A stretch of 64,000 nucleotides of DNA from an uncultured Thiobacillus sp. (GCA_964404175.1 CAYOJA010000001.1:29506-93505); one strand, 5' to 3'. Counted from the first letter of the stretch, positions 1 through 10,407 are shown. The notes: generated from the sequence alone by a model not told the origin. Made by a program: numbers and translations.

Positions 1-278
1 CAGTATTGATTGAGCGAGTGTTTTTGATATTTTGATATTTTCGTATTTCATCAAGTTTGCTCCCGAGGGTTTAGGGCACGTGGATTGAGCTCGGTCCTTG
101 AATGACTACTTTTCGACTGCGGATTCAACCGGTGGTTAACGGATACTTTGTATTGTCTGCTCTCTGAAAAATTGAAAGATCGTCCTCGACCCTGAATGGC
201 TACACGTCGTGATCGCTGGTCCAAAAAGGCGTGATCGCTGGTAGCATGAAACGCCCTCAACCAACCCAAGGGGTATTC

Positions 279-575
279 ATGAAAAAATCTGAACTGGTCG
301 AAGCCGCTGCAGCCGATGCAGATGTCAGCAAGGCCGCTGCTGGAAGGGCGCTCGATGCCATCCTCGATGCGGTCGTTAAAGCCGTCGCAAAGGGCGACAC
401 CGTCACTCTCGTAGGTTTTGGCACCTTCAAATCGTCCAAACGAGCTGCTCGCACTGGTCGCAATCCACAGACAGGTGCCGAAATCAAGATTGCAGCTTCG
501 ACTGTGCCGCGCTTCACGGCTGGAGCTGGCTTCAAGGCAGCGGTCGCAGGTAAGAAAGCTGCCAAAAAGAAGTGA
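279..575 (+). CDS. hup: HU family nucleoid-associated protein with short Lys-rich tail
   Basis: [11 protein letters not shown]..., [14 protein letters not shown] and VPRFTAG are HU/IHF motifs; start moved to ATG 279. Confidence 0.95.
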   Translation: MKKSELVEAAAADADVSKAAAGRALDAILDAVVKAVAKGDTVTLVGFGTFKSSKRAARTGRNPQTGAEIKIAASTVPRFTAGAGFKAAVAGKKAAKKK

Positions 576-936
576 TGTAATAAAAGGTGAGCGTGGCGCT
601 GCCCTAAGTGGCGCCACGCCCGCAAGACAGACTGGCTAGTACTTTTCCTTTCCCAGCCCACTGCGCACGTTACCTAGCCCCCTCCAGCCAGAATCGCCCT
701 CTCCGCGCAAATCCTGTGCTGGCAGGTTTCCTGAACCGGCCATGGGCGGCATGTGTCCTCGATTTTTCTATCCCATATCCACGGCATCCTTGCTCAGATA
801 GGGCGCCCATGCCTAGCCTGCTCGTATAGGCTGGTGGTAGCTGGGCAGCCGCCAGCCCGCGTGCGGCCGCTGCGGCTCGTTTATACGAGTCTTTATGCGG
901 CGTTACGGCAAGATCACGTATCTCCGGAGTAGGAAG

Positions 937-3267
937 TCATTGCTCGCTCGCCTGATAGCCCAGCAGGCGCAGCGCGTTGATGACCACGACCACGGTCGAG
1001 CCTTCGTGGATCAACACCGCCAAACCGATGCCGGCCCAGCCGGACAAGGTGGCGGGAATCAGCAAGGCCACCACGCCCAGCGACACATACAGATTCTGCC
1101 GGATGATGCGCCGCGACGCGCGGCTCAAGGCCACGGCGAACGGCAGCTTGCTCAAATCGTCGGCCATCAGCGCCACGTCTGCCGTTTCCAGCGCCACGTC
1201 GGTGCCGGCGCCGCCCATGGCGATGCCAACCGTGGCGCGCGCCATCGCCGGGGCATCGTTGACGCCGTCGCCGACCATGGCTACCTGCCCGTAGCGCTGC
1301 CCGAGTTCCTCCATCGCCGCAACCTTGTCTTCCGGCAGCAGGCCCGCTTGCACTTCGTCGAGCCCCACCGCGTCGGCGATGGCGCGGCCCACGCGCTCGT
1401 TGTCTCCGGTGAGCATGATGGTCTTGCGGATGCCGGTCTGGTGCAGGCGCTCCAGTACCTGCCTGACCCCCTCGCGCGGGGTGTCGGCCAGCGCCACGAC
1501 GCCGAGGAACTGCCCGTCAGTCTGGACCAGCATGAGGCTCTTGCCTTCGCTTCCAAGACGCTCGGTCTGCTGCAGGATGGCTTCGGGGATGGCTTCACCT
1601 TCAAACAATTTGACGTTGCCGATGCTCACTCTTTTTCCGTCGAATTCGGCGCGCAATCCTTTGCCGGTCACGGCTTCGACCTCGCCGGCTTCCCCCCAGC
1701 TTAATCCACGCCGCTTCGCTTCGGTCACCACCGCCTGCGCCAGCGGGTGCGCGCTGCGGCTTTCCACCGCGGCGGCGATTTTCAGCAATTCGTCCTCGCT
1801 TCCGCCGACGGCGACGACGTCGGTTACCTCGGGCTTGCCGACGGTCAGGGTGCCGGTCTTGTCGAAGGCGATGGCGGTGAGCACGCCGAGATTCTCCAGG
1901 TGCGCGCCGCCCTTGATCAGCACGCCGCCGCGCGCGGCGCGGGCGACGCCGGACAGCACCGCAGAGGGCGTGGCGATGGCAAGCGCGCACGGCGAGGCCG
2001 CCACCAGCACCGCCATGGCGCGGTAAAAGGATTCGGCGAAGGGAAAACCGAGCAGCGGCGGCAGCGCGATCAGCAGCGCCGTGCCCACCAGCACCGCCGG
2101 CACGAAGACCCGCTCGAAGCGGTCGGTGAAGCGCTGGGTGGGGGATTTCTGCGTCTGCGCCTCGGCCACCATGGTGACCATGCGCGCCAGCGTGCTCTCC
2201 TGCGCGAGCTTGGTTACCTCGACCGTCAGCACGCCTTCGCCGTTGACCGTGCCGGCAAATACCTTGTCGCCCGGCTGCTTGTCCACCGGCATGGATTCGC
2301 CGGTGACCGGCGCCTGGTCGACCGCCGAGTTGCCCGCTGCCACCTGGCCGTCGGCGGGAATGCGCTGGCCGGGCTTGACGATGACGCGGTCGCCGCGCCG
2401 CAGTTCCTCGACCCGCACCTCGATCTCCGCGCCGTCGCGCTGCACGACGGCGGTCTTGGGCGCCAGGTCCGCCAGCGCTTCGATGGCCTTGCGCGCGCGG
2501 TCCATCGCCATGTGTTCCAGCGCATGGCCGAGGCTGAACAGGAACAGCAGCAGCGCGCCTTCCGCCCAAGCGCCCAGCGCCGCAGCCCCGGCCGCTGCGA
2601 CGATCATCAGGGTGTCGATGTCGAAGCTGCGGCTCTTCACGCTCTGCCAGGCATCGCGCAGGGTATAGAAACCGCCCGCCGCATAGGCGCCCAGCAACAA
2701 GCCGAGCGAGAGCGTACGCGGCGCGCCTGCGAGGCCCGCGAGCCAGCCGGCCAGCAACAGCAGGCCGGCCATGCCGCTGAAAACCAACTCGCGATGCTCG
2801 GCGAGCCATCCGGCCTCATGGCCTTCCTCCAGCACGGCATAACCGAGCGCCTGGATGCGCTGGACGATCGCCGGACGCGCGATTTTTTCGCTGTCGTACT
2901 CCAGGCGCAGGCGCTCCGCGGCGTAGCTCACCGAGGCCTCCAGCACGCCATCCATGCGCGTCAGCGCATGCTCGATCACGGTGGCGCAGGTGGGACAGTC
3001 CATGCCGTCGATGCGCAGGCTTTCGTGGCGATAGCGATTGCCGATCTTCGCGCCGGCCGCCTGCGCCAGTTCGCGCACCCGGCTCACGCTGAATTGCTGC
3101 GGGTCGTAGTGCAGGCACAGGCGGGCGTTGCCGTCCTCGCGGACCAAGTGCACTTTTTCCAGGCCCTCGGCCTGCAGCAAATTAGTCAGCCTCCCTATGC
3201 AGGCGTCGCGCTCGTCGGGGACATCCGGCAAGACCAGGGACAAGTCCAATTTAAGTTTTTCGGCCAT
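937..3267 (-). CDS. czcP: Heavy-metal P1B-4-type ATPase, CzcP-like, with N-terminal metal-binding domains
   Basis: SPC in TM4 (AASPCALAIATP), HEGST in TM6, DKTGT, HPL, GDGVND; GMDCPTC HMA domain; N-terminus resembles CzcP. Confidence 0.85.
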   Translation of the reverse strand: MAEKLKLDLSLVLPDVPDERDACIGRLTNLLQAEGLEKVHLVREDGNARLCLHYDPQQFSVSRVRELAQAAGAKIGNRYRHESLRIDGMDCPTCATVIEHALTRMDGVLEASVSYAAERLRLEYDSEKIARPAIVQRIQALGYAVLEEGHEAGWLAEHRELVFSGMAGLLLLAGWLAGLAGAPRTLSLGLLLGAYAAGGFYTLRDAWQSVKSRSFDIDTLMIVAAAGAAALGAWAEGALLLFLFSLGHALEHMAMDRARKAIEALADLAPKTAVVQRDGAEIEVRVEELRRGDRVIVKPGQRIPADGQVAAGNSAVDQAPVTGESMPVDKQPGDKVFAGTVNGEGVLTVEVTKLAQESTLARMVTMVAEAQTQKSPTQRFTDRFERVFVPAVLVGTALLIALPPLLGFPFAESFYRAMAVLVAASPCALAIATPSAVLSGVARAARGGVLIKGGAHLENLGVLTAIAFDKTGTLTVGKPEVTDVVAVGGSEDELLKIAAAVESRSAHPLAQAVVTEAKRRGLSWGEAGEVEAVTGKGLRAEFDGKRVSIGNVKLFEGEAIPEAILQQTERLGSEGKSLMLVQTDGQFLGVVALADTPREGVRQVLERLHQTGIRKTIMLTGDNERVGRAIADAVGLDEVQAGLLPEDKVAAMEELGQRYGQVAMVGDGVNDAPAMARATVGIAMGGAGTDVALETADVALMADDLSKLPFAVALSRASRRIIRQNLYVSLGVVALLIPATLSGWAGIGLAVLIHEGSTVVVVINALRLLGYQASEQ

Positions 3268-3315
3268 GCTGCCGCTCCTCAGGAATCAAACGATCACAGC
3301 GGGATAGGCGCTGCG

Positions 3316-3618
3316 TTACTGCCGGGGTTTGCCGCATTGGCCGCAGAACTGCGCGCCCGCCGCCAACTCCGCGCCGCAACCGGAACATTTGGCGGCCGCC
3401 AGTGACGCGCCGCATTGCCGGCAGAAGCGCGCGTCGCGCGCATTGGCGCTGCCGCACTTGAGGCAGGCGATTGCCGGGCTGCCGTCTTGCGGATAGCCTG
3501 GATTACCCCCATAGCCGCCATGCCGGGAACCGCCGTGATGGCCGCCCCGGTAGCTGCCGTGGTGGCCGCCGAATTTGCCGCCTATCAAATTCCCGAGCAT
3601 GCGTTCAAGGAATCCCAT
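3316..3618 (-). CDS. Double zinc-ribbon protein with Gly/His-rich N-terminus
   Basis: Four CxxC pairs (CLKC, CRQC, CSGC, CGQC); GGHHGSYRGGHHGGSRHGG; AAGGAG RBS upstream. Confidence 0.8.
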   Translation of the reverse strand: MGFLERMLGNLIGGKFGGHHGSYRGGHHGGSRHGGYGGNPGYPQDGSPAIACLKCGSANARDARFCRQCGASLAAAKCSGCGAELAAGAQFCGQCGKPRQ

Positions 3619-3666
3619 GATTTACTCCTTCAATAGTGGATTGAGATAAAAATCCGATTTCGCTTA

Positions 3667-3707
3667 CTGGGTTCAGGACGTGGGCACAGGCCATCACCTG
3701 AACCCAG
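3667..3707. repeat. 11-bp inverted repeat between PII-like and zinc-ribbon genes
   Basis: CTGGGTTCAGG (3667-3677) / CCTGAACCCAG (3697-3707); function unknown. Confidence 0.4.
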
Positions 3708-3716
3708 GTTCGCTCG

Positions 3717-4055
3717 TTACATGGCCCCGACAGGGATTGCCCTGACAATGTCGATCACGAATATCCACCCTGGATCGGCCTGGCCGGTGCGGGCGGTGCG
3801 CGCGATGATGCCCACCAGTTCGTCCACCTGATGGTCTTCGCAGATCAGTTCCAGCTTGGATTCGTAAATGACCTCCTCGGCCAGTTCGATGGAGTAGTGC
3901 TGCTCCCTCGCGTCCACCGCCTTCAGCAGGCTCTGCACGGGGATGACGGCAAGATTGCGGCAGCCGGCGCTCGCGTTGCATTGCCCCGAGTCCTTGAGGG
4001 CGCGAATCACGTCGCCGATACGGTGGTTGTGGATGTAAGCCTTGATTTCTTTCAT
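3717..4055 (-). CDS. PII-family (GlnB-like) protein associated with heavy-metal RND efflux
   Basis: MKEIKAYI...KLELIC...IIARTARTG..GWIFV PII-fold pattern; 112 aa. Confidence 0.8.
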   Translation of the reverse strand: MKEIKAYIHNHRIGDVIRALKDSGQCNASAGCRNLAVIPVQSLLKAVDAREQHYSIELAEEVIYESKLELICEDHQVDELVGIIARTARTGQADPGWIFVIDIVRAIPVGAM

Positions 4056-4111
4056 GCGTTTTCTCCTGTCTGGTGATTGCGTGCGGCCTGTTCGGGCCGC
4101 ACGTTTCCGGT

Positions 4112-7100
4112 TTACTTCGCTTGCTTGCGTTCGCGGCGGTTCTCAACCCATTCGTACATCAATGGCAACAGCAGCAGGGTCAGCGCGGTAGAGGTGAACA
4201 ACCCGCCCACCACCACGGTCGCCAGCGGTCGCTGGGTCTCGGCACCGACGCCGCTGGAGAGCAGCATCGGCACCAAGCCGAAGATGGCGATGGAGGCCGT
4301 CATCAGCACCGGCCGCAGCCGCAGCGCAGCGCCCTGTTTGACCGCCTCCCTGACCGACAGACCTTGCCGCCGCTGATCGTTGAGGAAGGACACCAGCACG
4401 ATGCCGTTCAGCATCGCCACCCCGAACACGGCGATGAAGCCGATGGCCGACGGCACCGACAGGTACTGCCCGGTGACGGCAAGCCCGATCACGCCGCCGA
4501 TGGTGGCGAAGGGCACGTTGGCGATGATGAGCGTGGCGTAGGTGAGCGAGTTGAACGCGGTGTAGAGCAGGATGAAGATCAGCCCGATGGTGAGTGGCAC
4601 GATCAGCGCCAGCTTGGCCATGGCGCGCTGCTGGTTCTCGAACGCGCCGCCCCATTCGACCCAGTAGCCCGCGGGCATCTTTACCTCGCGCTGGATGCGC
4701 GCCTGCGCCTCCTTCACGAAGCTGTCCACGTCGCGTCCTTTCACGTCCATCTGGATCACGGCATAGCGCTGCAACTGCTCGCGCCGCACGAAGGAGTAGC
4801 CTTCGTCCAGATCCACGGTGGCCACTGCGGACAACGGCACCAGTGCACCCGCCTGGGTGCGGATCGGGATGTTGGCGATGGCTTCCACGCTGTTTCGGAA
4901 ATCGGGCGCGAGCCACACCTGGATGTCGAAGCGCTTGACGCCGTCGATCAGGGTGGAGACCGCCTTGCCGCCGATGCCGGCCTGCACCACCTCCAGGATG
5001 TCGTCGGCGTTCAGCCCCAGGCGCGCCGCCGCTTCGCGGTTGACCTTCACCACGAGTTGCGGCTTGCCCTTGTTGGCTTCCAGCGACAGGTCGGCCACGC
5101 CGGGCACCTTTTCCAGCGTGGACTTGATCTCGGCGGACAGGCGGTCGAGCGTGGCCAGGTCCTCACCGTAGAGCTTCAGGGCCAGCGTGGCGCGCACCCC
5201 GGAAATCAATTCCTCGACGCGCATCTGGATCGGCTGGGTGGCGGCGATGACGGCGGTCGGCACCCGCTTCTCCAGCACCGTTTGCATGTCCTGCGTCAAC
5301 TCCGGAAAGGAAATCGCCTGCGGCCACTGCTCGCGCGGCTTGAGGTCGACCAGGATTTCCATGTAGTTGACGTCGGCTGTCTCGCCTTTCTCCGCGCGCC
5401 CGATCATGGCGACGGCCGATTTCACCTGCGGGAAACGCTTGAGCGCGGTTTCGATGTCTTCGGAGATGCGGATCGACTCCTCCAGCGAGGTGGACGGAAT
5501 GCTGGTGACGCGGAACATGATGCCGCCTTCCTGCAGGGTCGGCATGAACTCCTTGCCGAGGAAGGGAAACAGTGCGAAGGTTCCGATCAACAGGACCGCC
5601 GCGCCGCCGATGACCTTGCGCTTGTTCTCCAGCGCCCAGTCCAGCAGCGGCAGGTAGAGCTGCTTTGCCCAGCGCACCACGAAGGTGTCCTTCTCCTCCT
5701 TGGGCTTGAGGATCAGCGAACTGAGCACGGGCACCAGCGTCATGGTGAGCACCAGCGAGCCGATCATGGCGAAGGTGATGGTGAGCGCCATCGGTTTGAA
5801 CAGCTTGCCCTCCAGCCCAGTCAAGGAAAATAGCGGCAGGAACACCACGATGATGATGAGGATCGCGAAGGCGGTCGGGTTGATCACCTCCCGCGCGGCC
5901 TCCAGGATCACATGGGTCTTGTTGACCGTCTGCCCGACCTTGTGGCTTAACAGACGGAAGCCGTTCTCCACCATCACCACGGCGCCGTCGACCATCATGC
6001 CGATGCCCACGGCAAGCCCAGCCAGCGACATCAGGTTGGCCGACAGGCCCCATTGCTGCATCAGGATGAAACTGATCAGCATGGCCAGCGGCAGCGCCAG
6101 GATCACCACGATCGCGGACCGCACCTCGCCCAGGAACAGGAACAGGATGATCGCCACCAGGATGGAGCCTTCGACGAGGGCGCTTTCCGCCGTTTTGACC
6201 GCTTTTTCAACCAGTTCGGTGCGGTCGTAAATCGGTTTGATCGTCACGCCAGCGGGCAGCGCCTGCTGCACCGTCTTCAGCTTTGCCTTGACGGCGTCCA
6301 CCACGTTCTTGGCGTTCTCGCCAATGCGCTGCAAGGCCATGCCGAGCACGACCTCGCCCCCATCCTTGGTGACCGCACCGCTACGCAATGAAGGCGCTTC
6401 CTTGACCTCGGCCACGTCGCGCACGTAGACGGGCGTGCCTTCCCTTTCGGCAACGACGATGCTGCCGATGTCACGGGTGTTGGCCACCAGACCTAGTCCG
6501 CGCACCAGATACTGCTCCCGGCCCAAGTCGACGTATTGCCCGCCCACCTGGCGGTTGTTGGCGGTCAACGCCTCCATCACTTCCTTGAAGGTCAGCCCAT
6601 ACTTGATCAGCCGCCGCGGATCGATCAGCACCTGATACTGCTTCTCGTCGCCGCCCCAGGACGTCACATCGTCCACCCCGGGCGCGGTGCGCAGCACGAG
6701 CCGCACGCTCCAGTCCTGCAGAGTGCGCAGGTCCATCCCGGAGAGCTTCTTGTCGGCCGATTCGACGGTGTACCAGAACACCTGCCCCAGGCCGGAGCTG
6801 TTGGCGCCCAGCGCCGGTTCGCCATAGCCTTCCGGTATGCGGCCTTTGGCTTCCTGCAGCTTTTCGCTTACCAGGCGGCGCGCGAAGTAGATGTCCACGT
6901 CATCCTTGAAATACACGCTGACATAGGACAGCCCAAACAGCGACACCGAGCGGATTTCCTCGACCCCCGGCAGGCCTGCCATCACGCCCTCCACCGGAAA
7001 AGTGAGCAGCTTCTCCACGTCCTCGGCCGCCAGCCCCGGCGCCTCGGTGTAGATGTTCACCTGCACCGGCGTCACGTCGGGAAAGGCATCCACCGGCACT

Positions 7101-7198
7101 TCGCGCCAGGCCTTCACGCCCAGCATCACCACCAGCAGAAAGGCCACCAGCACCAGCACCTTGTAGCGCAGGGAGAGATCGACAATTTTGTTCAACAT
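4112..7198 (-). CDS. czcA: CusA/CzcA-family heavy-metal efflux RND permease
   Basis: 1028 aa; VPVDAFPDVTPVQV, GMMVDGAVVMVEN, RLRPVLMTA, QRPLATVVVGGL. Confidence 0.95.
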   Translation of the reverse strand: MLNKIVDLSLRYKVLVLVAFLLVVMLGVKAWREVPVDAFPDVTPVQVNIYTEAPGLAAEDVEKLLTFPVEGVMAGLPGVEEIRSVSLFGLSYVSVYFKDDVDIYFARRLVSEKLQEAKGRIPEGYGEPALGANSSGLGQVFWYTVESADKKLSGMDLRTLQDWSVRLVLRTAPGVDDVTSWGGDEKQYQVLIDPRRLIKYGLTFKEVMEALTANNRQVGGQYVDLGREQYLVRGLGLVANTRDIGSIVVAEREGTPVYVRDVAEVKEAPSLRSGAVTKDGGEVVLGMALQRIGENAKNVVDAVKAKLKTVQQALPAGVTIKPIYDRTELVEKAVKTAESALVEGSILVAIILFLFLGEVRSAIVVILALPLAMLISFILMQQWGLSANLMSLAGLAVGIGMMVDGAVVMVENGFRLLSHKVGQTVNKTHVILEAAREVINPTAFAILIIIVVFLPLFSLTGLEGKLFKPMALTITFAMIGSLVLTMTLVPVLSSLILKPKEEKDTFVVRWAKQLYLPLLDWALENKRKVIGGAAVLLIGTFALFPFLGKEFMPTLQEGGIMFRVTSIPSTSLEESIRISEDIETALKRFPQVKSAVAMIGRAEKGETADVNYMEILVDLKPREQWPQAISFPELTQDMQTVLEKRVPTAVIAATQPIQMRVEELISGVRATLALKLYGEDLATLDRLSAEIKSTLEKVPGVADLSLEANKGKPQLVVKVNREAAARLGLNADDILEVVQAGIGGKAVSTLIDGVKRFDIQVWLAPDFRNSVEAIANIPIRTQAGALVPLSAVATVDLDEGYSFVRREQLQRYAVIQMDVKGRDVDSFVKEAQARIQREVKMPAGYWVEWGGAFENQQRAMAKLALIVPLTIGLIFILLYTAFNSLTYATLIIANVPFATIGGVIGLAVTGQYLSVPSAIGFIAVFGVAMLNGIVLVSFLNDQRRQGLSVREAVKQGAALRLRPVLMTASIAIFGLVPMLLSSGVGAETQRPLATVVVGGLFTSTALTLLLLPLMYEWVENRRERKQAK

Positions 7199-7208
7199 GG
7201 CCGCCCCC

Positions 7209-8444
7209 TCAATCCGCGTCGCCGATTTGCGACTTCAGCAATCGGGCTTTCAGCGCGTAGGCGCCGTTCACCACCACCGCCTCGCCCGCCGCGACACCGG
7301 ACCTGATCACGATCCGGCCCTGGGCACGCTCGCCGACTTCCACTGCGCGCGGTGCGAAGGCGAAGCCATCCTTCTCTGCGACGAACACGGTTGGCTGGCC
7401 TTGCACCAGCAACACCGCATCTTCCGGCAGCAGTAGCGCCTTGGCGCCCGAACCCGTCTGGATCGCGGCCGTCGCGAACATTTCCGGCTTCAGCCTGCCG
7501 CCCGGGTTCGGCACCTCCACCCGTGCCTTCACGGTACGGCTGTCCTTGTCCACCACGCTGCTGATGTAAGTGAGTTTTCCCTTGAACGCCTCACCCGGAT
7601 AGGCCGATACGGTGACGCTCGCCTGCATGCCCGGCCTGACCTTGGCCAGGTCTTTCTCGAACAGGTCGGCCTCGATCCACAGGGTGGAAAGGTCGGCCAC
7701 GGTAAACAGCGACTGATCGGGCGGGGCGAGTTCGCCGAGTACCGCTTTCTTCTCGATGATCGTGCCGGCGAAGGGCGCGGTAAGCGGGAAGACGGAACCG
7801 GATTGCCTTTCCGGACTGACGCCCATCATGCGCAGCCTGTCGGCGGCGGCACGCAACGCGGCCCGGGCTTTTTCGTGCTCGGCGCGGGCACGCAGATAGT
7901 CCTTCTCGGGGATGATGCTGTCGGCATTCAGCCGCTGGGCCCGCGCGAAGCCGGCCTGCGCCACCGCCGCCTCGCTTGCCGCCTGCAGATAGGCCGATCG
8001 CGCCTCGCCCAAATCGATGCTGTCGAGCATCGCCAGCGCCTGGCCCGCTTTCACCTTGTCGCCCAGGCTGGCGTTGACCTTGACGACGCGCCCCGGCACG
8101 CGCGGCGCGACGTGCGCAAGTTTGTCCTGGTTGGCCTGGATGGTAGCGGTGACCACGATCTGGTCGGCTAATTCCTGAGGCTCCAGTTTCTGCACCTTGA
8201 TGCCCGCTTGATGAATCTCCGCGTCACTCAGGTCGAGCAGTTTCTCGGCGGCTTTTTCTTCCGTTTTTTCTGGCGGGGATTTTTGCGCGCCCTGGTCTGC
8301 GGGTTCCGTCTTTCCGGAGACGCCTTGCTCCGGCGCCGGTTTGTCGCCGCACCCGGCGAGAAGGCTTGCCGACAGGCTGCCGGCCAGGAGCAGCGAGGCC
8401 AGTCGTTTCAGGCCGCGTTTTTGTGGGCTGTGTGAATTTTTCAT
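7209..8444 (-). CDS. czcB: CzcB/CusB membrane-fusion protein
   Basis: Lipoprotein-like signal (LLAGC), APFAGTIIEK, SRTVKARVEVPNP..LKPEMF; start reset to ATG 8444. Confidence 0.9.
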   Translation of the reverse strand: MKNSHSPQKRGLKRLASLLLAGSLSASLLAGCGDKPAPEQGVSGKTEPADQGAQKSPPEKTEEKAAEKLLDLSDAEIHQAGIKVQKLEPQELADQIVVTATIQANQDKLAHVAPRVPGRVVKVNASLGDKVKAGQALAMLDSIDLGEARSAYLQAASEAAVAQAGFARAQRLNADSIIPEKDYLRARAEHEKARAALRAAADRLRMMGVSPERQSGSVFPLTAPFAGTIIEKKAVLGELAPPDQSLFTVADLSTLWIEADLFEKDLAKVRPGMQASVTVSAYPGEAFKGKLTYISSVVDKDSRTVKARVEVPNPGGRLKPEMFATAAIQTGSGAKALLLPEDAVLLVQGQPTVFVAEKDGFAFAPRAVEVGERAQGRIVIRSGVAAGEAVVVNGAYALKARLLKSQIGDAD

Positions 8445-8476
8445 GTCATGATTTCCTGAATTCTTGAATGTCTTGT

Positions 8477-9787
8477 TCAGCGCATGGCGGGCGTGGACTG
8501 CCAGCCCGCCGCCGCTTCCAGCGCCACTTGGGTCAGGCGCAAGTCGGTGCGGGCGTCGAGCAGGTCGCGCTGTCCGTCCAGCACCTGGCGGTTGACCAGC
8601 AGTAGTTGCAGCAGGCCGATCTCGCCCGCGCGGAAGGAAATGGAGGAGAGGCGCCGGTTTTCCTGCAGGCTGGGCAACACGGACTCTTTGAGCCGATCGA
8701 CGCGCGCCTTGAGGCTGGTGAACCGTTCCCACAGGGCGATCACCTGGGCGCGCACGTCGCGGTTCGTGGCTTCGCGCTCGATCTGGGTCTGGGTGAGTTC
8801 CGTCGTCGCCCGCCCGATGCCGCCCGCGTTCTGGCGAAACAGGGGAAGCGGCAGGGCGACGCTCAAGCCGACGATCTTTTCGCGGGCATCGAACGGTCCC
8901 TCCCGCCCGGTGTTGAGTCCCACCGTGACGTCCGGGTAGCGTGCCGCGCGCTCCAGGTCGAGGCGGCTCTTCGCCGCCTGTTCCCGATGGCCCAGCGCCT
9001 GCAGGACGGGCCGGCCGGCGGCAGCGTTCAGCAGGTCTTCCAGGGAGTAGGGGACGGCTACCGGATCAAGAGCCCCTTGCACCTGCGGCAGTTCGCTGGG
9101 TGGCAGTTGCAGCAAGGCGGCCAGTTCCGCGCGGGCCTGGACGAGCTGCTCGCGCAGCAGGGCTACTTGGTTGCGCGCCCGTTCCGCTTCCACGCGGGCG
9201 AGGTTGCCGTCGAGCCGGCTGTCCTCTCCCACAGCGACCCGCTTGCCGACGGCCTTGGCGGCGTCCTCGATGAGATTGAGCGTCGATTCCTCGGTCTGGA
9301 TGCGCGACTGCAGGCTCAGCACCCGCACGAAGCGGCTCTCCACCTCGCCACGTACCTGCCGCCGGGTTTCCGCGATCACCTTCCGGGTCGCGGCCAGCGA
9401 TTGCTCGGCTGCGACCCGCCGGTCGCCTTGCTGGCCCGCGACCTCGAAGGTCTGGGCGAGTCCTACGTTCCACTCGCGGTTGACCTGGGTGGGATTCGAG
9501 ATCTGCGGGACTTCCTTGCGGCGCCGTTCCATCGAGACCTGCGGGTTGTTCCACAGTGGCGCGCGTGCATCGCGCAGTTCGCCTTCGGCCGCGGGGACGG
9601 CGGCCTGGGCCGCGCGCAGCGTCGGATTGGCCTCCTCGGCGCGCTGCCACGCGGCTTCCAGGGTCAATGCCGGGGGGGCTGCAAACGTGGCAGGGGACAA
9701 TAAAAACCAGAACAACGATGCCACGGTTGCATGGCACGCCGGCCGCAACCCGCTCCGGGCGTTGCGGCATAAAAATGAAAACCTCAT
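8477..9787 (-). CDS. czcC: CzcC/TolC outer-membrane efflux protein
   Basis: LTLEAAWQRAEEANP, YPDVTVG, LPLPLFRQNAG, GEIGLLQLL; adjacent to czcB; start 9787 chosen on AAGGA spacing. Confidence 0.9.
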   Translation of the reverse strand: MRFSFLCRNARSGLRPACHATVASLFWFLLSPATFAAPPALTLEAAWQRAEEANPTLRAAQAAVPAAEGELRDARAPLWNNPQVSMERRRKEVPQISNPTQVNREWNVGLAQTFEVAGQQGDRRVAAEQSLAATRKVIAETRRQVRGEVESRFVRVLSLQSRIQTEESTLNLIEDAAKAVGKRVAVGEDSRLDGNLARVEAERARNQVALLREQLVQARAELAALLQLPPSELPQVQGALDPVAVPYSLEDLLNAAAGRPVLQALGHREQAAKSRLDLERAARYPDVTVGLNTGREGPFDAREKIVGLSVALPLPLFRQNAGGIGRATTELTQTQIEREATNRDVRAQVIALWERFTSLKARVDRLKESVLPSLQENRRLSSISFRAGEIGLLQLLLVNRQVLDGQRDLLDARTDLRLTQVALEAAAGWQSTPAMR

Positions 9788-9869
9788 GCTCATTCCTTTC
9801 CAAGGCGAACACGCCACCCGACCGAAGGCGGGTGCGTCTTCGCAACACAACAATCAATGCGTTTGGAAA

Positions 9870-10232
9870 CTAGGAGATGAGTCGCGGCGGCCGGAAAAGG
9901 CCTTCCGGGGCCGGTTCGGGAATGAACCGGGAGAGGTGGGAGGCGTAGCCTTCGACAGGCTTCGAGGACACGGTTGGCGCCTGGCTGAACAACGCGAGGA
10001 AATGCCCCACTTCGTGGCACCAGTGGGTACATGCGGCCTTGGCTTTAGGAGACTCGCCTTGACCATCATGGCCCGCTTGCAGGGAGGGCTGTACCAGCCC
10101 CGCCGGGCTGCTTTCCGGGCTGGCGAAAAACGCATCCGCCACCGCGTCGCGGTTGAACGTCCAGCCGCCCGCATTGATCAGCAGGGTGACCAGCAGGAAA
10201 TAGAGGAGTCGACGTGCGGCTGCGGGATGCAT
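9870..10232 (-). CDS. CzcI-like/DUF2946-like metal-binding periplasmic protein
   Basis: Signal/TM segment, CTHWCHEVGH, C-terminal RPP; directly upstream of czcC. Confidence 0.6.
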   Translation of the reverse strand: MHPAAARRLLYFLLVTLLINAGGWTFNRDAVADAFFASPESSPAGLVQPSLQAGHDGQGESPKAKAACTHWCHEVGHFLALFSQAPTVSSKPVEGYASHLSRFIPEPAPEGLFRPPRLIS

Positions 10233-10407
10233 ATTGTTATCTTATCTGTTTGCGTTCTTTGTGTGGTTGTTTTCTTGATTGTCCATCGTGCCGTAGGGGG
10301 ATAGGTTGGAATTCTTATGGCGTGCTCGTTCTTGGTAAGTGATGCGCGATCCAGCTGAGGTAGGGGACCAACCCTTCAACACCCGGACCGCCCGAAGCTG
10401 CTTTGGC

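Noticed and set aside
51-617. 188-aa minus-strand ORF
   Set aside because: Antisense shadow of hup with no recognisable motif
8445-8732. N-terminal extension of the czcB ORF to 8732
   Set aside because: Overlaps czcC; the lipoprotein signal starts at 8444
895-9703. Long alternative-frame ORFs over czcP/czcA/czcC (e.g. 1747-3405, 4073-5833, 8606-9703)
   Set aside because: Typical high-GC shadow ORFs overlapping well-supported genes
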